DNA from: Lingula anatina
Lineage: Eukaryota; Animalia; Brachiopoda
Length of the DNA stretch: 64,000 bases
Direction of reading: 5' to 3'
Assembly (NCBI GenBank): GCA_051362555.1
Contig: CM120641.1
Location: 45,142,401 to 45,206,400, forward strand
The notes beneath the pieces were generated by a model. The model was not told the DNA's origin, did not search any database, and saw only the letters and a program-made list of their open reading frames with translations. Below, piece by piece: positions 50,798-64,000 of this stretch (the stretch's first letter is position 1; each line of letters opens with the position of its first letter). The translations under genes and the position numbers were made by a program.

Positions 50798-53700
50798 ATG
50801 TATACTAAAAAGAAATTCTTTAAAGGGTCTTTTGCAGAACAACATCTTAATAAGTATGGATGGCAAGAAGGTGGGTTTTCTGTGTGGTTTAGTTTAAATT
50901 TGTTACGTATTCGAGCACAGCCTCTCGTCGTCATGTGCTTGTCTTCTTGCCTCAGTTTTCGGCCTTACCCACTTGGCCTCAGAACACCTTGTGTTTCGAA
51001 TCTTTACACCATTTGTTTCGATTCTGTATGATAAATCAGCGAAAATTTAAGATTTATGCACATAATTTCCTTGTTTACCTTTATGACGTAGTGTTCGATA
51101 CCGCTGTTAGGTATATCAGAAAAATTTTCAAACTGATCAGAAAATTAAAATACTTATATCATCTGAAAGGTAATGCAAAAACCGGATGAAATCATTTGGA
51201 ATTTTTTAAATATTCCTACAAGCAACAAAGATATTGAAGTTTTTTAACTGCAAAAATCCACCAAAAGTGTCCACACTTCTCAGCTCAAAACCTGTGCCCA
51301 CTGACCAGCAGTGATCACTCAGGCGCAGCAGAGCACCCTGTGTGTCTTTGTGTGCTCAGCCTATCGATTGTCTGGCTCACATAGCCTGTGACTAATCAGG
51401 GCAGAGCTATTTCCCTGTGGTAATTTTCACATCATGTAATATTGCGGATTAAATTAACTATACTTCGCAACCTTCAAATTTCATGATTTTTCTACATAAT
51501 ATAGCAAATTTCATAAACTTTGCTGGATATAAATTTCAAAAAGATGATACCAGCACTTACCTGAAATTTTTTAGCATTTTGTAGAGGCAAAACTTAAAAC
51601 AAGCAGAACCGAAACTTGTCAAAGACTGCAACATGGGAAAATCATGTGACCGGATTTTACTCTTTGATTTACAACTTATTTAGTTAATGGCTTGTATTAG
51701 TTTTTTTACGCAGCGCTAAAAGAGAGATTTAAAAAAGGGGTTCCATAGGCGAACTGTCAGCAGGCCGACTTCAGTTTAACACTTCACTGCCCGTGGACAG
51801 TTACGACTGTAGCGCCCCTAGCGGATTGTGATCTACCTACCGCTGTTTTGAAATTTTAAGATTTTAATGATAAGAGATTAGAATTACTGTAAATTAGTGT
51901 AATGAGTAAAGTTGAGTGGTGTTAAGTCCCCAAAGTTACAACTTAACATCGTTGTGAGACGCTCTTATCAAAATGTGAAATGACTGCCAGTGTGTGATCA
52001 TAAACGGTGTGTGCCAAATCTCGCAATTATACAGCATCCCTCAAGACTAGAAAAAGTCAATTCTTGTCCAGAATAGGTCCCAGGATTTAAAACCATTACT
52101 ACCAGTTTCTTATAGGACAAATTAAGTCCACATGCCTACAGATGAACCAAATTAATCACTCAGTTAGCCCCCCCCCTCCCTCAAGTCCTTGTTCTTGTAC
52201 ATGCCATATATTGCCACCCTTAGTTGATTTTTTAAAAAATCAGTTTAAAGTGACAGCACTGCTAGTTTTTCCTTTTAAAAAAATTCATTGTTGACCATTC
52301 CTAGATTGTCAAAATGTCCACATGATAGTACCGACAGTTTTTTGTCATGTCAGTGGAGGTCAGTTGCAGATGGGGTGCATTGAAAGGGATATGCAATGCA
52401 AAATGGGTATCAAGCTGACACTCTCAGAACACTTTTTATGGTTGTTTGAGAAAACAAGCTACCAGCACCATCTGCAATTGCCACCTACAGTCCCTTCATG
52501 AAGTTGTTTTGTCTACTCTATATTTATATCCATTACTTATTCCAGGCCAGGGACTGGGACGAAATGAACATGGCATGAAGGAAGCCATTAAGGTGAAGAT
52601 AAAGAATGATACAGCAGGGGTAGGTTTCCTTTCTGGTTTTGCTAGAGTCATGGTGCAGACAAGACTTATCAGCTAGTGTCATTTTACAGATTAGGGAATT
52701 AAGAACCAGTGTCATGGTGTACATTAGGCACTCACCAGGTGGTGTCATGATAGAAAAAACTTCAGGGTATTTACTACTGTTCAAATGCTATCTACTCTCT
52801 GTCCACGGAAAATATTTTAATATATTTGTTTGATATCTGCATGTCTTCCAGTCTTGATGTCTTGTTTTAATTATTATATTTTTATTTTTCTGATCAGGTT
52901 GGCCATGATCCAGGCAAGGAGTTCACCTTACACTGGTGGGACCATGCATTCAACAAGGCTGCTGGCAATATCAATGTCAAGGTAACAGAGGTAGGTACTA
53001 TTTGTTTAGGTTATTAGACATCTAGTTGAGGTATTATGTACACCAAGTGCATCATTGTCATTATGATGATGATGAAGATGATGTTGATCTATTGACAGAC
53101 AATGTAACAATTTATATTTTGCCGAACTTTTTCTTAACTTTATTACTTCAATGGAATACTGCCATGTTTCTAAGTGTGCATTCTAATACAAAACTGATAA
53201 AGGTCTAACTTTAGGACGTAGGATAACAGGACGTTTCAGATGATTGGATTGTAATTTATTTATTTTCAGAAGTGAAATGAAGAATTAAATTTTGCTAAAC
53301 ATGTTTACTTTGTGACTTCAAAGAGAATTGACATGTTTCTTAGTATGACAGTCTAAGTAAAAGGTTATAAAATAGGAAAATATATTATTTGAATGGTTTC
53401 ATTATAAATGAATTTTCTGTCAAATAAAAGAGTAAAATTTTCATTCACAGGAAGGGGTTGATGTAAGCAAAGACGAAAGTAATCAGAAGAATGGAAAGAC
53501 CATGTTTAATAAAGATATGCTTTATGGAAGGTTTGTAAAGGTAAGCATACAATTCATGCATAATAAAATGAAATGTGATTAATTTACAAAATTAAAGAAG
53601 GGCAAAATTCAAACTTTGTATTTTTTTAGTCTCATATAATTCTCAATGTCTTTATTTATTGATTGAACGGGTAAACTTGATTTGAAAATTTATTTTCTAA

Positions 53701-55900
53701 TCTTCATTGAAATGCGACATGAGAATGCTTTAAAAAATCAAAGATATTCCATACTGTGTATGTCATAATGGTTCTTCATGAGTAATGGCCATATATACAC
53801 AGAAGTGCTAAGTCCAAGTCCAGACTATCAGTACCTGTAGACATTTTCCATAACTATGATAACATGTTAAGCCCAGAAAGAGATTCTTTTCATTGCGTAT
53901 TATTTCATTACACAACTGGATGCGTAATATTCTTCACATATTCAGTTGTGACAAATTGTTCTAGGGGGCAACACTGGAAAATAACGAGGACGGTGTGTCC
54001 CAAGAGGTGAAACATGGGGACAGCAGTGACTCGGAGGAAGAAGAGGAACCTGCTTCAGTTTCACAGTAATTAATTTTTTCACAGTCTGTGCCTCGTTTCA
54101 CAAAATCACATACTGACCACAATTCTAGCTAACTCCAGGTTTGAATAAATCCATAGTAGTTCACTAGACCAAGTTACTGTTTATATTAAACCTGAGCCAT
54201 TTCTTTCATCTTGGCTCAAAATAAGATTGTTTTGTTTTTATGTACAGACCAAGTTTTGGTTTAAAGGTTATTTGTGAAACTAGGACCTAATGTAGGGCTA
54301 CATAAATTAAATAATGGGTAGGATATAGTAAACCTAGATATTGATATTTATGTTCAAAATTAGTAAAGAAGGGACTCAGTTTTGTTTAATTTCATGGTTA
54401 TAATCTCATTAAGATGTTATGTAAGGAGTAAGTGAATACCAAAATTAATTAGTATTATGAAATGATCTTAGGTTATATATTACTGTATTTGTAACTGTAA
54501 TAAGTTATTTTGTGAAATTATTATTATTATTATTAAGATATAATGATGATGTTCAGAATATCAGATTTTGACAACAGGTCAATATGACGATATTCTTTTG
54601 ATCCACCGTCTGAATAGCTTAATATTTTGAAGTCTACGTAAAGTGGCAGTTGTCAAGAAAAATGATTTCAGGATAATACATACAAAGTTTAAATGGCATC
54701 TTTTATTATTTAAGGTTAAGCGACGAAGAGCTTTTTAAGAAATGTGGAGGTCTCACAGCTCACAAGTAAGTAATACATCTCGTCAGATAACATTTATGTA
54801 TACTGTTTGCATTTTTTGTGGTGTTTGGTGGTGTGATGTAAGATTTTAGATTTAAGATTTTTATAATTTCTCAACTTTAATGAGGTATAGGTCAAGGATT
54901 ATGATGAGGTACAGTTTCAGACTGCCACCTAGTGGTAGCATGAGGAAACTTGATCCACCGACTGAACGTCCTTTGTGACCTAATTAACTTTTAATAAAGA
55001 GGAAAATGCCTGGTTAACCGATGCATTTTAATGTGCATTTGGAATTTAAAATTGAATGAAAATAATATTTAAAAATATTAATTCTAGTGGTCTGGGCTTA
55101 TATAGAGTCAGGAAGCTTGAAACAAAATTAGAGCAACAAGAAGATTGATTAATTTATTATTGTTTTTTTTTTTTTACTCAGAATTGATAAATTATAACAT
55201 TTACTTAAGTATATCTAGAAACCATAATTATAATAATTGTATTTCAATGCCTTTATATGTTTTAATATAGATATTCATTGAATATTTTTTCATCTTTGTT
55301 TAAAGAGCTGCACGACATGGGTTTAAGCTTAATGGGAAGCTTTTAAGGATTCAAAGACAAGAAAGTGACTTGCCCACATCAGATGACTCTGTAGCAAGGG
55401 AAGAAAAATGTGAGAAAAAGACTAAAAAGAAAGCCAAGAAAAATAAAGAAGAGACAATGCTTCAAAGTGAAACTGAAGCACTGGATAAAACTGCAGGGGA
55501 TAACAGTCAAAAAAAATCATCAAAGAAAGCAAAAAAGAGAAAATTGTCAGAAACAAATGTTCACGAAGTGACAGATGAAATTGAAAACCAAAATGACAGC
55601 TCTAGTAGTAAGAAATCTAAAAAGAAGAAAGAGAAAGAAGAGAACATTGACAGTCCAGAGATTGCATTAGAGGAGAACACAATTGATGTCTCTGCTGTCG
55701 CAGATATTGACACAAAACTTACAGACTGTGAATTAAACACACAGGTGAATGCTGAGAAAGAGTCCAAGAAAAAGAAGAAGAAATCCAAGAAATGTAAGGA
55801 TGGCATTGATGCCTTAGTTGAAACTGAGATGGAATGTCCAGAAACAGAAACGGAAGTTAAATCAAAAAAGAAAAAGAAGAAAAAAAGCAAACATCGATGA
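50798..55900 (+). CDS. GPATCH4: G-patch domain-containing protein 4
   Basis: Exons 50798-50870, 52546-52619, 52898-52990, 53451-53540, 53965-54065, 54715-54765, 55306-55900 (TGA). Peptide FAEQHLNKYGWQEGQGLGRNEHG, GVGHDPGKEFTLHWWDHAFNK, LYGRFVK, LSDEELFKKCGGLTAHKAARHG and a Lys-rich tail match recalled GPATCH4. Confidence 0.93.
54531..54624 (+). ncRNA. Intronic box C/D snoRNA, predicted guide for 5.8S rRNA Um14 (SNORD71-like function), copy 1
   Basis: Box C ATGATGA 54543-54549; D' CAGA; C' ATGACGA; guide TGATCCACCG then T and box D CTGA 54610-54613; terminal stem TATTAAGATAT / ATAGCTTAATA. The guide is complementary to 5.8S CGGUGGAUCA, and the fifth nucleotide before box D pairs with U14. Confidence 0.8.
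54889..54981 (+). ncRNA. Intronic box C/D snoRNA, predicted guide for 5.8S rRNA Um14, copy 2
   Basis: Box C ATGATGA 54901-54907; D' CAGA; internal hairpin TGCCACCTAGTGGTAGCA; C' ATGAGGA; same guide TGATCCACCG then A and box D CTGA 54962-54965; terminal stem AGGTCAAGGA / TCCTTTGTGACCT. Confidence 0.82.
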
Positions 55901-57330
55901 TTTTTAAACAACAGTGTTATCTGTTATAAAACACTTTAAATTATTATCGTTATTATTATCCAACAGTTATATTATGCAGGACAAAACGTATTTTTACAAA
56001 AGTGCAACAAATTACGCCATTGGCATTTATGATTGATATAAGTATTTTGCCAAAATAATCTTACATTGGTCTTATTTACAACAGATTTCTTGTCATAATT
56101 TGGTCTGTAACAGTGTTTTTGAATGCTTGGACTGATTTTTATCAAATATTGTTCTATTTATTGGTATAATATATAGATACAATAAATTTCACAAGAAAGA
56201 CGGTTATATATTTATGACAGTTTGTTAATATAAATTGAGTCGTCTCGTTATTATTAAAATGATTTTTTTCTTGGTAGGTATGTTTCCTGTTTATGACAGA
56301 TGTAAATAAGAAAAAACATATCTAGTGGAAAGGTTAGAAAAAGTCCTGAAATCTGGAGATAGGTTGTTTAATTCATGACATCTTGAAAGTGAGGTGGAAA
56401 TTGGGAAGTTCTGCTCCACAATGGTGATGTTTACGGGCAGTTTATTCTATGAAATTTGCCGTGGGCGCTGCCAAGGAAGGAAGCGAGACTATCATTTTCT
56501 ATGGTCTTTTCACTCGCATGAGTTATTAGCTACGATAACCTTTCCGCGGGCCGTCGCTTTCCACACAGATTATTATTAAGGTACAAGACACCCGCTTGTA
56601 TCTTCTTCAGCGTAAATCTCCAATAGAAGATGTTTCATTCATGTTATTTACGTAGTGGTTTCAGTTGGGTGGTTATGAATTATGTGAGATAAATCGTTTC
56701 CACAGGAGAAATTTAAATAGGGTGCTTGAGTATATGCGTAAATGACACGAAAATTGACTAAACGTATTTATTAGTAAGTAAACCCCTATATTGTCTACTG
56801 TCTAGTTATGCACCATTCTCCATCGTGGCTACCAACTATATATACACATTGGCGCTTCAGAATTAGCACAAGTCATGGGAATATGAAAAGTGAATATCCA
56901 AACGACTGTTTAATTTGAACCACCCTGAGTGTCAAGGTAGAGGTAAATAGAGTTGGGTTTCCAATGATCTCTGAAACTCCTTCCTCGAGACCCCGCGTGC
57001 CGCACGTTTATTTATTTTGTCACATGCAGTGAATAGTTCCAGGCTCTTAACTCTGGTAATTTTTGTCAGTCTTTCCGCAGAAGTCTAGTATTGATTGGCA
57101 CATTTCTGTCTGTCTCTATTGATCGTTTGATCCCGCAGCTCGTCCGGGATGCCCTCCAAGTATCAAACGTAAATCACGCTTGAAGGGTCACTTCCTTACT
57201 TGAAAAGGCGCTTTTAGCATGTAATGGATTCAATAAACGAAGAGAATTAATTGTGAGAAAATACGGTAACTCTAGATGGTGAATTTTCACCTCTTTTCAA
57301 ACTTTCAATATGTCCATGTCGCTCCAAAAA

Positions 57331-57499
57331 TCTGTTTTTACAATATTTTTTTTTTAATTATGAAGTTAATGTAATAAATAACAGTTGAAATTTGCGACAT
57401 CTGATATTTATTATTTATCTGTTTTTACAATATTTTTTTTAATTATGAAGTTAATGTAATAAATAACAGTTGAAATTTGAGACATCTGATATTTATTAT
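57331..57499. repeat. Direct tandem duplication of ~85 bp
   Basis: TCTGTTTTTACAATATTTT...GACATCTGATATTTTATTAT at 57331-57415 and 57418-57499, nearly identical. Confidence 0.9.
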
Positions 57500-57918
57500 G
57501 TAGGTATTATTTAGGTGTGGATATCTAATGGCTTTTCATTAGATACAGTGATAGCACTCACCAATGTCGAGATACAACTAATCATTTCTTCTAACGATCT
57601 GCTGGGGAAAAAGCATCATGTTTCGTGGACCCTTTTTCACTCTTTTTTTTATTTCCCCGGGGCAGAAAACCCATTACACTACGGCTTAACAGTGACACCT
57701 CTGAGTTAGCGATAATGCTGTTTAAATTGTCTTCCCGCGAGTAATTACACAAAGGGATGAAGTGGGATTGGAGAACAATAATGATCTCCAAATGCAATAA
57801 GGGCAGACTGATCTTGGGGCAGTTCAGACAAACAGCGCTCCAGACCAAATGTATGACTAACTTGCACAAATTTTCCCGTTTTGAAATTCCAAAGTCTGTT
57901 TAAGGAAAGAGGGTTCAA

Positions 57919-57957
<39 letters not shown>

Positions 57958-58992
57958 CACATTTTTGTCATTGTGAATCAGGCTGCGTGCTGACGCGTAT
58001 AAGCAAGAATTTAGGTCTAAGGCAGGTCCCGTCTGAACGGATCTCTTGGGGACCGTTATAGCTTTAACATAACATAAGATGGGTTTTAGACTTCTTAGTC
58101 ATTATTGGAAACTAATAATTGAGTCACTGATCAGATATATGCGTAGATATTATGAAAACGAATCGGTAATCTGAAGTATTGCGTAGTATCAAGCACCACC
58201 CAAAAAATTCTATGTTAGTGCCTCTGTAAGCGCATGTCACTGGGAATAACGTACGAATAGAAACGGATTCACAGAGAGAGCACACTGTGACGGCTGTCGG
58301 TTAGCATGTGGAATTTCGTTTCAGTAGAACTTTAATGTTTTTACACTTATGCCCAACTCTCAAAACTTACAAAAATAAACTGTGTGGGTGGATGTGAGTA
58401 ATACTTTAAAAAGGATCCCTTTGAATACACCCTGTTAGGCATATTTGAACAATTTCCTGTAATCACAATTTTTCTATAAAAAAATTCAATTTGTTCTGCA
58501 CATGATGCTGGAGTAAGTTCAAAATGGACATCGGAAATGAGGAAATGGCTGTTCCATTATTCATTTTCATTTGTGCAATTACGCTCGGATTACAACTCCC
58601 AGAATACTCCTCACAGTTTTAAGTATTTGCACGTCGTCTGCACGTGTTTGCACGTCTGTAAGAGAGCTGGATATATTCTCTGGTCTTCACCTTGAGTTCA
58701 GACTCTGGGGCTACTGGGTCCTGTTCCAAAAAGAATATTAGTCAGTGCTTTGAAGCTAGGGATGACTGACAGCGGCAAGAGTTTATCTATATATCAGTCG
58801 ATATAGTGAAAACTTCCTTCTTCCAATCAAAATTATATTGCTTTTAAACACTTTTCTCTCTTTCTGTCTCCATTTTATTGTTATCATTATTTTACTTTTT
58901 GGCATTTCATTTTTTGAAAAATTTAGGCACGGAAGAGTTGTTGGCTCAACTGCGCCTTTTTTATGTTTGGCGGTTTGGGACGTTCTCACTAA

Positions 58993-59183
58993 GAGCGCAT
59001 TCGCAACAGCGGAATAACGGATCCGCGTCTCAGATATGGCCGACCCACTTGAACCCACTTTGTTGCGTAATTCCAGCGGGGAATCTATTCAGTGTCTAAT
59101 CGGGAATTAAGCAGCTAGCTTTTAAGTGGTTCGCCATATATGATCCGCGGATCTGTTAGTCCGCTGCCGTTCTGAATGCGCTC
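58993..59183. mobile_element. PIF/Harbinger-like palindromic MITE
   Basis: TAA TSD (58990-58992, 59184-59186). TIR GAGCGCATTC / GAATGCGCTC extends into a long imperfect inverted repeat. Confidence 0.85.
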
Positions 59184-62100
59184 TAAGGCGTATTGATAAT
59201 AATCAACATAGATGTGCCTTTTTAACTTGCGTAAACATATTCAGACACTCTCGTAAATATTTAAGAGCATTTCAGCAGAAGCACATTAAACTTTGACTAA
59301 TTTATTGATTGAAGACATTTCCTTGATTATTATATTCACCCGGGTATTTTCCGAGTAATTAGAGTTAATTCACTCTAGTGTGTCAAAGCACATAAAACTC
59401 TGCATTAAAAATACAAATCTTATTATGAGAACCACTAATTAAAATATCACGTATGATATACCATGAGTAAACGACTTCAATAGCAAATTAAAGCTAACTC
59501 AGGTTCTACTTGACTAGCGAATGTACTCAGTAAGCCGCATCCAGCAAGGATATTTTGTTTCTTTTGAATTATTTAGCTTGTGCATGAGTCAGAATCGACT
59601 ATTTTGAAAGTGAGCAATACTTAGGCAGCGCTTTCAACGAAAAGAATGCTTTATATAGATTGCAAGAAAGAGTGAACACATTAACGATAATAATAAAAGT
59701 GCACGTGTTCATTTTTGTCTAAACACTTCCGAATCGATTCTGAAGTTCTACTTATGCAAAATAACGTAACATTATTTTGCTTTCGTTCTCAAATAGTAAT
59801 ATAATATCTTATTTAATAATTTCATTCTTAAGAATTTTTGTGTAGAACATAGCTACTAAAAACACAGGTTTCAGTTTAGATGTATATAAACAACGATGTG
59901 ATTTAAGAAAGGTAATCAGAGATCGAAAAGTAAAGGAAAAAACCTCTTTCTGGGAAGAGAGAAAAGGTACTCTTATAAAAAAACGGGGAAATTCTTCATC
60001 TGCTTCAACACGGCTATATAGCATGGGCATGTGTTTTTTGCCTCGAAAAGTGTGAGAATCAATACGAATACCATGCCCCTGTGTAGATCATATACAGCTA
60101 AATGAAATCGCTGGCTGCGTCGAGGTATAAATCAATAGCACAGGCGATTAGATTACTGAACTTTTGTATATTCGTTTTCAATCAATTTTTTCGTTTTTAT
60201 CTCATGAGTTTTTTCTTCTCCATTGTAATTTAGGCTGATTAATTCAACGTCTACTGCATCAAAATGTTTTCCGCGATAACAAAAATTGTTTGGCGTCTTT
60301 CACTGATCACAAAATGAAAATGGCGAGCAATATATCCCAACATCATTATCGTTAACCATTTGTAGAGACAGTAAACGTGGCTTTCTGTCTCAAAGCGATT
60401 GAACTAAAAATCATCAAATTATCTATTGGGAATCACTGGAGTCTGCCAAGCCTCCTGCTGGTTGTCCCTTATCAAATGACCCTTTTGGTTCATTATTTCT
60501 AATGAAATTATTATCTTTACTTTGCGTGTCTAGCACGTCGTCTAGCACCCTAGGGTGTTGCAGTAGTTGGAACTAGTCCGTTGGGGGCTGGTCTTTTTGT
60601 TTTCCTCGACCCAAGTCACGAAAACTGCACTCTTCGTTTCAGGTGTTTCTGGACACTCGCCTCTACACTGATAGTAAGGGTAGCTGTCTAGTGACCTCAA
60701 AAATGCAAGGTGTGGAAAGTGCCCGTGTACATCCAAAACCCACTTATATAATTTTTTTCTTTAGAAAATTTATGTACCCATATATTGTAACACTGTAAAA
60801 TTACAAGGTTAAATTTTTTGTGCTCATATAAACGATAAAAAGAAATATTCGGTCCCAGGTACATCCTTCACGATTCAACAAAGTTTAGTCCTATACACTA
60901 ATCGGCCCAGTAAAAATAGAACTAATGCCAGCCTTCCATGGAAACAAGCAAACTTGATACAACTGCCGTGTGTTAACAGCAGGTAGATCAACTCTCTCCT
61001 AACTCGAGAGTATTTATTTTAAACTCGGGCGCTTAACTCAAAGAAACAGGTGCGCGTGCATGAAATGATGAGTTTTGGGTGGGCCAAAACCCCGCGGCTT
61101 ACTTTAGATACCTTGTCTTGTGTATATCTAAATGTTTAAATCTATTAAGATCCTGACGTGCGTCTATCAAATCTTATCATAATGTAAGTTATGTTCATTA
61201 AGTGGATGTTTATAGGTTCACTGTGGTCTTTTTATTTGTGTTAGGAGCGGGTGCTCTGCTACATCGAGAACTTAGTTTGAGCTCGGCTGAATGGATGTCT
61301 TATGTGAGAAATTGGTCGATTTTTTTTATAATAGTAAAAAAATAATAAAAATAATACTTTACAAAGTATCCTCTCATCCGGTTGATTTTAATTTCTTTTT
61401 TCTGGCCTGTACGTAGGCTCCTAAGGCGTTTTGCTTCCTTTAAAAACTAACAAAAACCTTCCAAAAATATCATTTTTACGCACCTTTAAAAGAAAAAAGG
61501 GATGTATGAAACCTAACTTGTCTGAAAAAAGTATATGTACAGAATATTTCTTATTCTGGAGTACGACTGAATGTTGGTCGGTTAGATACTGGTACAGGAA
61601 AACAGCTGTGGATGCTAAAAAATGTGTTAAATGTTTTTTTACGCTAAATTTTTGTCTAGGTCTCTCTCAGTTCTGCTGGGCTATATGTGCATGGGAGTGC
61701 CATTTGTTGAATTCGAATTCTTTGCATTCAAATTGCGTCCAGTTATGTAAAGACGACATTTTAATACAATGATCCAAATGCAAAGTTTTGTATTTAGCCG
61801 AGAGATACGAAACCAATACTGTTCGTAAGTTTTGTACTGTATGTATTTGGTTAAATGACCAAAGCACTTATTCTAGAGAGCAGAAGGAGTGTAAAGTTGT
61901 CACTTTGTATCAGTGTATTTATATTTATAGCTGTCAATTAATCTGTCACGCCAGATAACTGGGATTGTTGGTATGTTTGTGCACCTTCCTTCGCGAGTTT
62001 AAGATAACAATATCACCCCGTAGAGAAGAATTGTTCCCATACTTCCGAACGCTCCAAAAACAAATCTAGATTTTATCAGACTGAAATGGTACGTTGTCAT

Positions 62101-62962
62101 ATTTATTTTATAGCCCTTTCTCTTTCTTTCTCTCTCAATGACGAACACATTAAATATGCATTTTCATATGGTATTACAAGAACGTGAAGCGCAGGTAAAA
62201 TTTCAGATACCATCTTGTATTAGTTTTAAGTCAAGTCGCACATTGATTTCAATGGAAAACACATGTACACAGTCACTATATTAGGAAGTACTTAAACTTA
62301 AAACAATACCACCACCTGGTGGCCCGTTCAATTTAATGCTAATATAAAGGAAAGACACATGACCTGCTATTGTCTGCGGCGAACATTTTATATGACAAAA
62401 GAGACCATAACACTCGTATCCACTGATTGATGAAGACATATATTTTACATGGAGTTTCTTATGGAGTGGCGGAATTACAATATGGATGTTAATCTTGACA
62501 GCATGTTGTATGGCTCACGTCAAACATGCTATTCCTGTCGTAAAACAGCATTTCAATTATCGAACAAAACAGCTGATAATTACAGCATTTGTTGATTTTC
62601 CCCGACTTAAACTTTATTTTTATTTCTTTGTAACATCGTGCTCAACACTATTTTCATTTTTTTTATAAAACAATTTTATTTATCTTCCATTACAATATAT
62701 ATTTTATAAGTCAAAAGGTTGATGTGCATTTACGACGCTGGCTCGCAAATACGTAGTAAGTCACAGCGATTACATTCATTTTAGGACTGAGACGGGTCGT
62801 ACACAGGCAACTGAGGATTGCAAATGTGAATAAAACAACCAATCCGTCTCAGTATTATTGTAGATCTAAATGATAAAATGACAACTTGATTTGGAATATG
62901 TGCCCCGTTTTTACTATCTTAATCAATAGTGTTCAATGAATAACCTCTCAATCCTCATCCTC

Positions 62963-63096
62963 AGCGATAGTCCGAAGGTTCAATGGTCCGAAGGTTCACT
63001 ATAGAACCTTCGGACCAATGAACCCTTGATTAAAAAATCGATGAAAATGTTACCACTTTTCGGACCAATGAACCTTCGGACTATCGAGACGCCCCC
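62963..63096. mobile_element. Second copy of the 15-bp-repeat foldback/Mutator-like element
   Basis: Central segment CCAATGAACCCTTGATTAAAAAATCGATGAAAATGTTACCACTTTTCGGACC is identical to the 22448 copy. The left terminus is missing. Confidence 0.75.
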
Positions 63097-64000
63097 GAAA
63101 AGACCAAGAGAAAATTACGCGGTGTTGGCGTGGACTTCAAAACACAGATGTTGACTAATAGTGCCTAGCATTTCCAAATGTACAGTTATCCAGGTATCAG
63201 ATTTTGACATCGGAAAAAAAAAACGTTTGAATTGAAAAGAATAATGTATTCGAAAGGGACATCGATACCAAACTGTAATGTACTTCACTGAAGCACTAAA
63301 AAGAGGATGAATTAACGATTAGCGGGTGTGTCAAAAAGCCAAGTTATCAAATGCAATCCACTTAAAGTCACTCCCACTAAATAATTTTACACATGCTTTC
63401 TTCTACACGCACCCCTCTTGCAATGGGTTTAACATGGAGTACTTGTTTAAAGTGAGGACATACACGTGATTTTAACCCCATTCCACCCCCCATCCCACTA
63501 ACCCACCAAACCGCAGGGCAGTGGAGCGTGGGGAAGGGTGAGGGGAATAACAGTAAACGAAAGACAACATACATTACGAAGAGACTTTAATATCCATATT
63601 TATATATTCATCTTGTGAGGACAAGTACAACGCAACTCTAAGCCACTCTACAATGAACACGACTTGCTAACATATGATCTATTATCCCTCCAGTATTACA
63701 TGTCTTCTAAAATTGATGAAGGTCCTAGTGCCCCCTTCAACAGAGGTCGTAGGGTAAATTATACCTTATACCAACTACAAGATGACCTCTTGTAGACCTC
63801 TCGTCCTAATCTTATCCTATCAAGTACTGAATGAACACAGGCTTAATTGTATGCTCTCAAATAAAGATTATAATTATTTACTTTGAATGCTAACTATCAG
63901 AGGCGATAATCAAACACTTCCAGGCCCGCTAGAGGTGTAAGATGTTACCCTTCGTAAACTATCACCTGCGTTCTAGGTGAACATATAGATATATTATATA

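Noticed and set aside
52700-52815. Possible H/ACA snoRNA in GPATCH4 intron 2 (hairpin followed by AGAAAA)
   Set aside because: The second hairpin is weak and is followed by ACG, not ACA.
61245-61303. AG...GT-bounded open stretch (GAGALLHRELSLSSAEWMSY)
   Set aside because: Isolated and short, with no partner exons or homology recognised.

Overview
AT-rich, intron-containing animal genomic DNA, probably a marine invertebrate (inferred from repeat types and gene content), not prokaryotic. Most ORF-track entries are exon fragments or antisense shadows, so I assembled genes by hand from GT-AG junctions and reading-frame phase. Left to right: a degenerate ~338-bp tandem array and a Helentron-like element in an intron; the 3' end of ZZEF1 (+); a two-exon HNMT-like SAM methyltransferase (-) with a deleted piggyBac in its intron; a transposon-rich cluster of intronless tandem zinc-finger genes (-), with two long ORFs and a decayed relic; a 26-exon TEX14-like ankyrin pseudokinase (+); a divergent Rab8/10/13-like GTPase (-) head-to-head with GPATCH4 (+); and about 8 kb with no recognisable gene. 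Most notable: (1) none of the 37 zinc fingers has the canonical core Leu and 33 have Cys there; (2) two box C/D snoRNAs in consecutive GPATCH4 introns are predicted to guide 2'-O-methylation of 5.8S rRNA U14; (3) an invertebrate TEX14 with no visible GPPX3Y motif; (4) a Rab with Gln at a hydrophobic-triad position. Gene names come from my recall of vertebrate orthologue sequences; no database search was run.
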